Shown: positions 49,192 through 56,454, counted from the stretch's first letter. The stretch is 60,108 nt of DNA from a virus (IMGVR_UViG_3300008262_000065:1-60108), one strand, 5' to 3'. The notes: generated by a model from the sequence alone, not told the origin. Translations and numbers: made by a program.

Positions 49192-49221
49192 AAACAAAAA
49201 ACCAACAAAAACACCACAGAT

Positions 49222-50196
49222 ATGACAACATTCCAAGAATTAAAAGAAGGTCGCAAGTACGAAATTACGGGTGACTATGACCGCAGCGTAGTTCAAAGCT
49301 ACCACAGAAAGCCAAGTGCCCTCAAGCACAATGTCAGCAAGTTTGCTGCCGATGTAATGGGACTCAAAGCCATTGACCGCAGCAAGGCAATTTTGAGAGT
49401 GCAGGACGAGTTTATGAGCAAGTTTACCATTGGGTATGAGATTGAGAAAAACGCTTTCCATAGGGGTGCGGTACAAGAATACCCACTGCTGCAGGGGTTT
49501 GAACGTGACGGGTCATGTGGCTATGAGGCAGTGACAAACATCTTACCCCTACTGCCCGAAGGCAAGTGGCGCAACAAGGTGTACGAGATGTTTACGCAGG
49601 CTGAGAAAATTATTGACTCTCGCTATAGCCCTGCGGACCGCAGGTGCGGTGGTCATATCACCTTGACCTGCAAGGACCTATCAAGTGATGAGATGAGGGT
49701 AAAATTGAGAGCATATGCAGGCATCCTGCTTGCCTTGTACGAGAGTCGTATCTCGAATAGGTACTGCGGTCACAACTTGCGTATGCAGCCCGACAATGAG
49801 AATTGGTACAATGGACCGAATTGCTACGAGGGCAATGGCACAAGGTATCAGTTTGCACTTGAGAAGACCTTTGGCTATGGTCGTGAGGCACAAGGTGCGG
49901 TTGAGTTCCGTATCGTGAGCAAATTTGAGTCAGTGAAGCAGTGCTTTCGCAGGTATGAATTGTGCTACGAACTCATGGACACTGCGTTCAATAGCCCGAC
50001 AAGTTTTCCTTCCTTTCTGAAGCGAATCCGTCCGATAGTTCTTTCAATGTACGGCAACGATGCTGCAGCCTGCGACCTGCGTCTTGAGAAGGCAAAGCAC
50101 TATCAGCACTTCATCAACACGGGTAAGATACACGAGAGCATTGTATCGGTCCTTGACCCGCACAGAAACCATGGATGGCGACATATGCCCTTCTGA
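49222..50196 (+). CDS. Putative amidoligase (COOH-NH2 ligase, glutamate-cysteine ligase/GS fold)
   Basis: IGYEIE..RDGSC..YEAVT..CGGHI..VEFR; start reassigned to ATG 49222 after the ribozyme. Confidence 0.7.
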   Translation: MTTFQELKEGRKYEITGDYDRSVVQSYHRKPSALKHNVSKFAADVMGLKAIDRSKAILRVQDEFMSKFTIGYEIEKNAFHRGAVQEYPLLQGFERDGSCGYEAVTNILPLLPEGKWRNKVYEMFTQAEKIIDSRYSPADRRCGGHITLTCKDLSSDEMRVKLRAYAGILLALYESRISNRYCGHNLRMQPDNENWYNGPNCYEGNGTRYQFALEKTFGYGREAQGAVEFRIVSKFESVKQCFRRYELCYELMDTAFNSPTSFPSFLKRIRPIVLSMYGNDAAACDLRLEKAKHYQHFINTGKIHESIVSVLDPHRNHGWRHMPF

Positions 50197-50213
50197 CGGG
50201 GGGCATGGGGGTG

Positions 50214-50229
50214 GTGTCTTTGAAGACAC
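50214..50229. repeat. 16-bp palindrome copy 10 (before ribozyme 2)
   Basis: GTGTCTTTGAAGACAC. Confidence 0.95.
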
Positions 50230-50236
50230 TGCTCCC

Positions 50237-50287
50237 GTTGTCGGGGAATGCGAGTTCCTCCTGATGAGTTCAAAAGAACGAAACAAC
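50237..50287 (+). ncRNA. Type III hammerhead ribozyme 2
   Basis: GUUGU-C | GGGGAA-UGCGAG-UUCCUC | CUGAUGA | GUUC-AAAA-GAAC | GAA-ACAAC; predicted cut after 50242. Confidence 0.95.
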
Positions 50288-50314
50288 AAAACAACACACT
50301 AAAAAAAACAACAT

Positions 50315-50590
50315 ATGGTACACAAAATTCACGATGACATGAGTCACTACAGAGTAAGCTTCGATGGTATCCACGGCAAGCCAAAGGCTATGCAGTTGGA
50401 GAACTATCTCAACAGAAACAAGTTCGAACTTGATTGGGAGAACTTCAAGGAGGTATGCAATGGGCACAAGGAGGTGACCATTTGGAGAAACCCACGTACT
50501 GAAGATAGCATCGAAAGGTACGGCAAGAACCTTGTCTACACTGAGTTCCACGAGGAACGGAATGTGAGGTGGTTATTGACTAACTACTGA
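50315..50590 (+). CDS. Hypothetical early protein
   Basis: ORF between ribozymes 2 and 3, A-rich leader. Confidence 0.7.
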   Translation: MVHKIHDDMSHYRVSFDGIHGKPKAMQLENYLNRNKFELDWENFKEVCNGHKEVTIWRNPRTEDSIERYGKNLVYTEFHEERNVRWLLTNY

Positions 50591-50603
50591 GCACCAAGGG
50601 TAG

Positions 50604-50619
50604 GTGTCTTCAAAGACAC
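50604..50619. repeat. 16-bp palindrome copy 11 (before ribozyme 3)
   Basis: GTGTCTTCAAAGACAC. Confidence 0.95.
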
Positions 50620-50624
50620 TGCCC

Positions 50625-50675
50625 GTTGTAAGTGGATGTGAGTCCACTCTGACGAGTCCAAAAGGACGAAACAAC
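50625..50675 (+). ncRNA. Type III hammerhead ribozyme 3
   Basis: GUUGU-A | AGUGGA-UGUGAG-UCCACU | CUGACGA | GUCC-AAAA-GGAC | GAA-ACAAC; predicted cut after GUA at 50630. Confidence 0.95.
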
Positions 50676-50694
50676 AAACTAAAAAACAACATAT

Positions 50695-50976
50695 ATGACA
50701 CAACGTATTTCAAAACAAGTTAAAGCCATTGCTGATGCGCACATAGCTGCGAAAGCAAACGGCACATTCGACAACCCGCACGTGAGCACACGTGAGCAAG
50801 TAATTCAGGCACTGTTTGAGGGCAAGACCTTTGACGAGGTACTGCGTCAGGTAGAGACAAGGTTCTGCAGCATTACTACACTGCTACTGCAGGGCACATT
50901 TGACTACACGACTCAAGCCTACAAGAGAGATGTTTACAGAGGCTTCAAGACACTATTACAAGGGGGTGCAAGATGA
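50695..50976 (+). CDS. Hypothetical early protein
   Basis: ORF after ribozyme 3. Confidence 0.7.
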   Translation: MTQRISKQVKAIADAHIAAKANGTFDNPHVSTREQVIQALFEGKTFDEVLRQVETRFCSITTLLLQGTFDYTTQAYKRDVYRGFKTLLQGGAR

Positions 50977-51284
50977 AGTATAGGGTAAACATAAATGGTG
51001 CTGATGACGGGTTTGATGTAATCACTGAGGACGGGGATGTGGTATCCCTGCATCATAACGGGGACAATTGGGTGAGCACGTACTACGGGACGAGACTTTA
51101 TTCATGCGATGCAAACAACTACGTATGGGATGAACTGAGTCAGGGTTCAGTATACCTAAAAGATTGGGACCATGAGCCAACGGTGAGTGAGGCTATCAAT
51201 GATGCACTTACATGGATGGTGTTCCCTGCCCCTGCAGAGGGGTGGCAGCAGGACGATTCCATATGGGGTCAGTTCTTTGACTAA
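50973..51284 (+). CDS. Hypothetical acidic early protein
   Basis: ATGA-coupled ORF, Asp/Trp-rich. Confidence 0.7.
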   Translation: MKYRVNINGADDGFDVITEDGDVVSLHHNGDNWVSTYYGTRLYSCDANNYVWDELSQGSVYLKDWDHEPTVSEAINDALTWMVFPAPAEGWQQDDSIWGQFFD

Positions 51285-51317
51285 AAGATAAGGTCCGATG
51301 TGGTGTTGGACGGGGTG

Positions 51318-51333
51318 GTGTCTTCAAAGACAC
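51318..51333. repeat. 16-bp palindrome copy 12 (before ribozyme 4)
   Basis: GTGTCTTCAAAGACAC. Confidence 0.95.
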
Positions 51334-51339
51334 TGCCCC

Positions 51340-51388
51340 ACGTACAAGAGTGAGTGCTCTTGCTGATGATTCCAAAAGGATGAAACGT
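51340..51388 (+). ncRNA. Type III hammerhead ribozyme 4 (variant stem II closing pair)
   Basis: ACGU-A | CAAGAG-UGAGUG-CUCUUG | CUGAUGA | U-UCC-AAAA-GGA-U | GAA-ACGU; predicted cut after 51344. Confidence 0.85.
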
Positions 51389-51409
51389 AAAACCAAAAAC
51401 AAAACAGAT

Positions 51410-51640
51410 ATGACAGAGCAAAACAACAATGAGAAGAGCACCATACATTGGGTTGTATGTGTTCCTGATTTTGATGAGACAATTAAAATCAAGATGTTCA
51501 ACGCCTATGAAAGCGCACAAGTTTACATTGATGGGGTGAGGGCTGAGTATGACGCTATCATTTACACGAACAAGGAGCACGTAATCATAAACCTATGCCT
51601 TCAGTATGGCATATTACCTACACAATACCTAACATTCTAA
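51410..51640 (+). CDS. Hypothetical early protein
   Basis: Start reassigned to ATG 51410 after ribozyme 4. Confidence 0.65.
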   Translation: MTEQNNNEKSTIHWVVCVPDFDETIKIKMFNAYESAQVYIDGVRAEYDAIIYTNKEHVIINLCLQYGILPTQYLTF

Positions 51641-51643
51641 GAC

Positions 51644-51985
51644 ATGAATACAGAAGTAAGTTTCAAGATAGCAGAGATGCTAAAATCAAAAGGGTTTAAT
51701 GAAGAGGGGATTGCAGGTGTATATCATAATTCTGATAAGACACGGGTATACCCAAAAGAATACATAAAAGAAGGAGATTATACTTCAGCCCCTACCATAG
51801 CGCAAGCTATCATGTGGATGTATGAGAAGCATGGTGTGTGGGTTTATTCGTACCACAATGGGACATTATTTATTGGGTCTATACAAGACTCAACAGGTTC
51901 TATAAAAGGTAGATTGTTAGGATATAAAACCCCAACAGAAGCAGTAGAAGCAGCTATTGAGTATGCATTAACCAACTTGGTATGA
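51644..51985 (+). CDS. Hypothetical phage protein
   Basis: VSFKIAEMLKSKGF..SAPTIAQAIMW..EKHG..EAAIEYAL pattern familiar from Bacteroidota phages. Confidence 0.7.
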   Translation: MNTEVSFKIAEMLKSKGFNEEGIAGVYHNSDKTRVYPKEYIKEGDYTSAPTIAQAIMWMYEKHGVWVYSYHNGTLFIGSIQDSTGSIKGRLLGYKTPTEAVEAAIEYALTNLV

Positions 51986-52176
51986 TAGAGCATACAAACA
52001 TACACTTGATACGCATAGAGAAGCCCATTGCCCGTCTGCCATTGGATATGTACGAGCAGTGGGCAACACTGAGTGAGGACAAGCGACTATACTACATCAG
52101 AAAGGGGAGTTCGGGAGTGGGTCAGGTATCAGTGAAACACGCATCAGTATTGGCTATAAAAATAATTTTAAAATAA
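51982..52176 (+). CDS. Hypothetical protein
   Basis: ATGA-coupled ORF. Confidence 0.55.
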   Translation: MIEHTNIHLIRIEKPIARLPLDMYEQWATLSEDKRLYYIRKGSSGVGQVSVKHASVLAIKIILK

Positions 52177-52177
52177 A

Positions 52178-52209
52178 TTTGCATATGTACTTTAATTGTA
52201 CTACCTTTG
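52178..52209 (+). promoter_or_regulatory. Bacteroidota promoter (-33/-7)
   Basis: TTTG-N20-TACCTTTG. Confidence 0.85.
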
Positions 52210-52235
52210 TACCGACATTGTAAAAAGAACTAATC

Positions 52236-52439
52236 ATGAGTAACGAAAAACTAAATAGCATTGAGTGGTTGTATAACCAAATGAGCAATCTTGCAGCAGG
52301 CTATGCTACAGAATTGAATCAGCAAGAGATACTTGAAAAAGCTAAAGCCATGCACAAGAAAGAGATAATCAGAGCATTCAATGATATGAATGATGACCTT
52401 AGTGCAGAGCAATACTACAACGAAATAATTAACAACTAA
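52236..52439 (+). CDS. Hypothetical protein (paralogue of 57002-57205)
   Basis: MSNEKLNSIEW..AKAMHKKEII..AEQYY. Confidence 0.7.
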   Translation: MSNEKLNSIEWLYNQMSNLAAGYATELNQQEILEKAKAMHKKEIIRAFNDMNDDLSAEQYYNEIINN

Positions 52440-52440
52440 C

Positions 52441-52683
52441 ATGGTAACGATAAAAAACATTCAGAGTTATGGCTTCGAGACTATCGAAGACTACTATTGG
52501 TACATCTTGCAGAGCAAGGTGAATGGGCAGCACAAGCAAGCCCGTGAGTTATTCAGCAACCTATCCGAGGGTATGCAGGGACAGAGAGCAGGCTTCTTCA
52601 ATTGGCTTGAGACTGAGTCCATGCTTGAGCAGGATGAGTTGACCGCTACTATCACTTACTTTAAAACAACAAACAGAAAATAA
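52441..52683 (+). CDS. Hypothetical protein (distant paralogue of 55487-55705)
   Basis: I..SK.NGQH.QA..LF..LS..QR..F. Confidence 0.7.
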   Translation: MVTIKNIQSYGFETIEDYYWYILQSKVNGQHKQARELFSNLSEGMQGQRAGFFNWLETESMLEQDELTATITYFKTTNRK

Positions 52684-52684
52684 T

Positions 52685-52774
52685 ATGACACCACAAGTAA
52701 TCATCTATTGCGCATTCACATTCGTAATCATACCATTCGGTATAGCGTATCTAAGATACAAAGCAGACAAGTAA
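52685..52774 (+). CDS. 29-aa single-TM peptide (not in ORF track)
   Basis: MTPQVIIYCAFTFVIIPFGIAYLRYKADK. Confidence 0.5.
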   Translation: MTPQVIIYCAFTFVIIPFGIAYLRYKADK

Positions 52775-52808
52775 TAACAACCAACAACAACACCTAAAGA
52801 CAAAGACA

Positions 52809-53099
52809 ATGACACGTAACGAAATTATTGAACAGATGGTATACCACTACCAAACAGAAGGCACTGACAGATACGGACAACTTTCCACTATCATGGTATC
52901 CAATGTCATCAGCACCAATGACCCTAAGCAGATGGAACTATTGCAAGAGATAGTTCAGGTGAGCACATACGGTGGGAGATTCGGGACCTATAGAGGGTTC
53001 GTTCCATTCGGTGCATTCAAGGACAAGCAGGTAGAAGACAGATGCAAGGCTGCATTCAAACTAAACAAATCACGCATTCAAAATCAAAACAATTGGTAA
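52809..53099 (+). CDS. Hypothetical protein
   Basis: ORF with A-rich leader. Confidence 0.65.
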   Translation: MTRNEIIEQMVYHYQTEGTDRYGQLSTIMVSNVISTNDPKQMELLQEIVQVSTYGGRFGTYRGFVPFGAFKDKQVEDRCKAAFKLNKSRIQNQNNW

Positions 53100-53100
53100 T

Positions 53101-53754
53101 ATGAGACAGATAACTATAACAATGGCAGAAGCTTTCCTGAGAGGAGAGATAAAGAAAGTAGACAACACCATGACAGATGGCAGTGCACTATACCTATTCG
53201 ACAACAAAATAGTAGAGTGGAGAGGCGATGAGTTATGGATAACCAACTGCGGATGGCAGACAAAGACCACCATGGAACGACTCAATGGAATAGGGGCATT
53301 GGCAAACTTCAGGATATGCCAAAAGAAAAAGGTATGGTATCTCAATGGAGAAGAGTGGGACGGGGAGTGGATACAAATACAGACCAATCTTCCTCGTCCT
53401 ATTGTGAATGATGAAGAGGCATTGACTGCTTGGATACAGACCAAGGTTTGGAAATCCATAGACGGGATGCGTGGGTATGAAGAGCCAACGTATGCAGTGT
53501 GCGGAGCCAATGACACGGGGATGTGGGATGACTCACCATGCAGGTCCGATGTGGCAGAAGCGGAGTTGACCGAGGCTAAGAAGGTGCTTAAAAAATCCGG
53601 CATAGCAACCAAGCTAATGACCTGCGAGTCAAGCAATGTGTTCTGTGTGCATCACTATCTGATAGTAGTGCCGAGAGATAAGCAGAGGGCTGAGGCAATT
53701 ATCAAGCAGTACCTTGAGGATAACTACACCCAACTTCTATACGCCTGCAAATAA
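53101..53754 (+). CDS. Hypothetical protein
   Basis: ORF; GWQTKTTMERLN motif. Confidence 0.7.
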   Translation: MRQITITMAEAFLRGEIKKVDNTMTDGSALYLFDNKIVEWRGDELWITNCGWQTKTTMERLNGIGALANFRICQKKKVWYLNGEEWDGEWIQIQTNLPRPIVNDEEALTAWIQTKVWKSIDGMRGYEEPTYAVCGANDTGMWDDSPCRSDVAEAELTEAKKVLKKSGIATKLMTCESSNVFCVHHYLIVVPRDKQRAEAIIKQYLEDNYTQLLYACK

Positions 53755-53761
53755 GAGAGCC

Positions 53762-53917
53762 ATGCAAGAGAGTAAGTATATATTCCGAGTGTACCACCTT
53801 GAGACATTCATCTGTGCAATCCTTGCCCACACTAAGTGGGAGGCGATTGAGAGAGCCATGCATCAGACAGAGTGGAGATATGACAGAAGAAATCTTTCTG
53901 CAAAAAAAGTTTGGTAA
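53762..53917 (+). CDS. Hypothetical protein
   Basis: MQESKY..AHTKWEAIE; start reassigned to ATG 53762. Confidence 0.5.
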   Translation: MQESKYIFRVYHLETFICAILAHTKWEAIERAMHQTEWRYDRRNLSAKKVW

Positions 53918-53941
53918 TGTCTAAAAATAGTATTACCTTTG
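53910..53941 (+). promoter_or_regulatory. Bacteroidota promoter (-33/-7)
   Basis: TTTG-N20-TACCTTTG. Confidence 0.85.
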
Positions 53942-53967
53942 TACAATCAAAGTTCAACAATGGTTCT

Positions 53968-53983
53968 GTGTCTTCAAAGACAC
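53968..53983. repeat. 16-bp palindrome copy 13 (between promoter and ATG)
   Basis: GTGTCTTCAAAGACAC. Confidence 0.95.
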
Positions 53984-54006
53984 TGCCATAAAATCAAATC
54001 AAATCT

Positions 54007-55128
54007 ATGTGCATCATAATCGTAAAACAACGCAACATTGAGATACCATCAGAGTATCTAAAAAATTCATCACGCATCAACCCCCACGGGTTGGGTGTGG
54101 TATGGCTTGACACCTTTGAGATAAGCTATCACAAGTCAAGCGAGTGGTCAGTACTAAACACTGCCCGTCCGTACATTGCCCACTTCAGATACGCAACGGT
54201 AGGCAAGGTAGGTCCCGACAATACGCACCCATTCAGATGTGGTGCAAACAAGCATGAGTACCTGATGATGAACGGTACCATTCATGGTCTTGGCAACAAG
54301 GATGTATGCGATACAAAAGTATTGGCTGAGTCATTGGATTCTGTGCCACGCCACAAGTGGAAGGCTGAGTTGGAGAAGAACAGACTTGTTCGATTCGTAA
54401 CAATCAACACAAGGCTGCGTACCTTTCAGCTATACAACAGAGACTTATGGACATTCCGCAACGGGGTGTGGTATTCCAAGGACAACATCTTTCAGGACCA
54501 TGTGGTGGCAGTGTACGGCACACTGAAGAAGGGGCACGGCAACTACCACAGATACCTGACTGACTCAAAGTTTGTAGGGTCAGGCACAACCAAGGACAAG
54601 TACCCGCTTATCATACACGGCTTGCCTTATATGCTTGACAAGAAGGGCAAGGGGCACAACGTGAAGGTGGATGTATTCAAAGTGAATGACACGGTCCTTG
54701 GTAAGTTGGACCAACTTGAGGGTCACCCGAATTGGTATTGCCGAAAGCAAATCACCATCACGATGAAGAAGAAAGAGGTGACTTGTTGGTTGTACTTTGC
54801 CAAGGATTCAATGGCAGACGAGGGAGATGAGATGCACGAGTCATACGAGGTAGGCTACATACACCACCCATTTAAAAAGGAGACTACCATGAGAGACTTG
54901 TTCCTGCCTGCTGAGAAGCCCACGTATAAGCAGGTAAAGTTTGAGTCATTCGATGACCTATACTCAAACCTATCAGGCATTGAGACAGAGGATGATGAGC
55001 CTATCATTGACGAGATACCATACTGCACTTCATGCTACAAGGACCTTGCGAGTGACGGCTACGGGAACTACTGCTGCATAGGATGCAACGAGTGGTACAC
55101 GCAGGCAGAGGTAGACAACTTGTTATAG
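54007..55128 (+). CDS. Class II glutamine amidotransferase fused to gamma-glutamylcyclotransferase (AIG2-like), C-terminal Zn ribbon
   Basis: N-terminal MC, NPHGLG, HFRYAT, NTHPF; VAVYGTLKKG..N, LDQLEGHP; CTSC..CIGC. Confidence 0.85.
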   Translation: MCIIIVKQRNIEIPSEYLKNSSRINPHGLGVVWLDTFEISYHKSSEWSVLNTARPYIAHFRYATVGKVGPDNTHPFRCGANKHEYLMMNGTIHGLGNKDVCDTKVLAESLDSVPRHKWKAELEKNRLVRFVTINTRLRTFQLYNRDLWTFRNGVWYSKDNIFQDHVVAVYGTLKKGHGNYHRYLTDSKFVGSGTTKDKYPLIIHGLPYMLDKKGKGHNVKVDVFKVNDTVLGKLDQLEGHPNWYCRKQITITMKKKEVTCWLYFAKDSMADEGDEMHESYEVGYIHHPFKKETTMRDLFLPAEKPTYKQVKFESFDDLYSNLSGIETEDDEPIIDEIPYCTSCYKDLASDGYGNYCCIGCNEWYTQAEVDNLL

Positions 55129-55143
55129 TGTCTTTGAAGACAC
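55128..55143. repeat. 16-bp palindrome copy 14 (before tRNA-like element)
   Basis: GTGTCTTTGAAGACAC. Confidence 0.95.
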
Positions 55144-55144
55144 A

Positions 55145-55188
55145 AGGTGAATGGTTTCAGGGGGGTTCGATTCCCCCCGCACCTGCCA
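55145..55188 (+). ncRNA. tRNA-like minihelix (partial acceptor stem + T-arm + G-CCA; no D or anticodon arm)
   Basis: AGGTG..GGGGG-TTCGATT-CCCCC-CGCACCT-G-CCA. Confidence 0.65.
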
Positions 55189-55212
55189 AACCCTTTTAAA
55201 AAAAACAGAAAC

Positions 55213-55485
55213 ATGAAAATCAAATTCAATCACACAGAGGAAACAACAACAGATGCATTCGGTATTAAAAACATTGACGCATTCGCAGAGAACCTATCAA
55301 AATCATTAGCTGATTTTGCATTGGACAAAGACAAGAACATGGTCAGCCACTTGGGCGAGTTGATTCAAGAGAACTTAACAGATGAGGAGATTCTATTCCT
55401 TGCAACGCAACGAGCAATGAACTACGTAGAACGTAGCAGACCATTGGTAGATGCATTCATTGATTACCTAAAGGAAAGGAACTAA
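55213..55485 (+). CDS. Hypothetical protein
   Basis: Start reassigned to ATG 55213 after an A-rich leader. Confidence 0.65.
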   Translation: MKIKFNHTEETTTDAFGIKNIDAFAENLSKSLADFALDKDKNMVSHLGELIQENLTDEEILFLATQRAMNYVERSRPLVDAFIDYLKERN

Positions 55486-55486
55486 G

Positions 55487-55705
55487 ATGATTACACTCAA
55501 GAAAATCTTTAAGGCTATCGTTGAGTTTAAAAGTATGGGTATGCACGAACAATGTGCATACCTATACAATCAACTAAGTAAGAAGCAGAGAGAAGACTTC
55601 TACACATACCTTAGAACCGAGCACTATGATGGTGCTAAAGAGGCTAAGATATTGGCAGTAGAGGACATATGTTACTTCAAAACAATCAAAAAAATTAACG
55701 ACTAA
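55487..55705 (+). CDS. Hypothetical protein
   Basis: Operon-coupled ORF. Confidence 0.65.
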   Translation: MITLKKIFKAIVEFKSMGMHEQCAYLYNQLSKKQREDFYTYLRTEHYDGAKEAKILAVEDICYFKTIKKIND

Positions 55706-55709
55706 GACA

Positions 55710-56105
55710 ATGGAACTAAGCATAAAAATCAAAGTAGAGAGAGAGACATTAGAGAACGTATTCATCACTGCCATTGAAGGTGGTAGCAACTATTGGTACT
55801 CAATATCTGATGAGGCATTTAAACTTATCAAAGCATCTGTGCCACGTGATGGTGTCAAAGCATTCTCAGAACGATTGTTCGAGGCAGTGTATGACAAGGG
55901 ATTGGTAGTGCCGATACATGATGTTGAGGATGAGGATGGTGAGCCACTTGGGTACCTGAACAGAGAGACATTTCAGGAGAGGCTTAACAAAATCTCAGAG
56001 GAGAACATCTCATACCTATTGTCAGAGATGAATGATGATGGCGATGCATTCTCAAGTGATGTTGTATTCCAATACTTAGTACTTGGAGAAGTAGTTTACG
56101 GGTAA
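55710..56105 (+). CDS. Hypothetical phage protein
   Basis: TAIEGGSNYW..DA..DVVFQ..LGEVVYG. Confidence 0.75.
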   Translation: MELSIKIKVERETLENVFITAIEGGSNYWYSISDEAFKLIKASVPRDGVKAFSERLFEAVYDKGLVVPIHDVEDEDGEPLGYLNRETFQERLNKISEENISYLLSEMNDDGDAFSSDVVFQYLVLGEVVYG

Positions 56106-56124
56106 TAATTAAATTTGAAACCAT

Positions 56125-56454
56125 ATGGAAAAGATTATTAAATCACACGATGGCTACGTTTGGATTGATGTATCAGACAAAGCACAAGAGATTTTTGATT
56201 CAAACTTATTTGAACTGCAAGCGGTATGGCTATTGGAAGGAGAGGAAGATGTTCTCATGCGCATACCAATCGAGAGCAACTATGAACTCAACTATGCACT
56301 GACCTCAAACAAAAAGGTTTGCATCTATGCAGGGAGATTGTTGGACTCTATCAGTCTTGGATTCATTACTCAGGACTCATGGACGGCAGCAGATAAAATA
56401 TCTCATGAGGGTAACATCTATGTTCGGTTCAAGGACCTTGTGTTCTGCAAATAA
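56125..56454 (+). CDS. Hypothetical protein
   Basis: ORF. Confidence 0.65.
   Translation: MEKIIKSHDGYVWIDVSDKAQEIFDSNLFELQAVWLLEGEEDVLMRIPIESNYELNYALTSNKKVCIYAGRLLDSISLGFITQDSWTAADKISHEGNIYVRFKDLVFCK

Noticed and set aside
49153-49221. GTG-start N-terminal extensions MSALADESKR (49153), MSALADDSKR (51350), and those at 55147 and 57707
   Set aside because: They are translations of the ribozyme, tRNA-like or palindrome sequence; the downstream ATGs have the typical A-rich leaders
49122-51333. Palindrome copies as a CRISPR array
   Set aside because: Repeats are only 16 bp, separated by hundreds to thousands of bases containing genes; no cas genes
49122-55143. Integron (attC cassettes) or IS/MITE ends
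   Set aside because: No integrase or transposase, no RYYYAAC/GTTRRRY box structure, no target-site duplications; copies also sit in-frame in essential genes
55145-55188. Functional tRNA gene
   Set aside because: Only ~44 nt, no D arm or anticodon arm, 5 of 7 acceptor pairs
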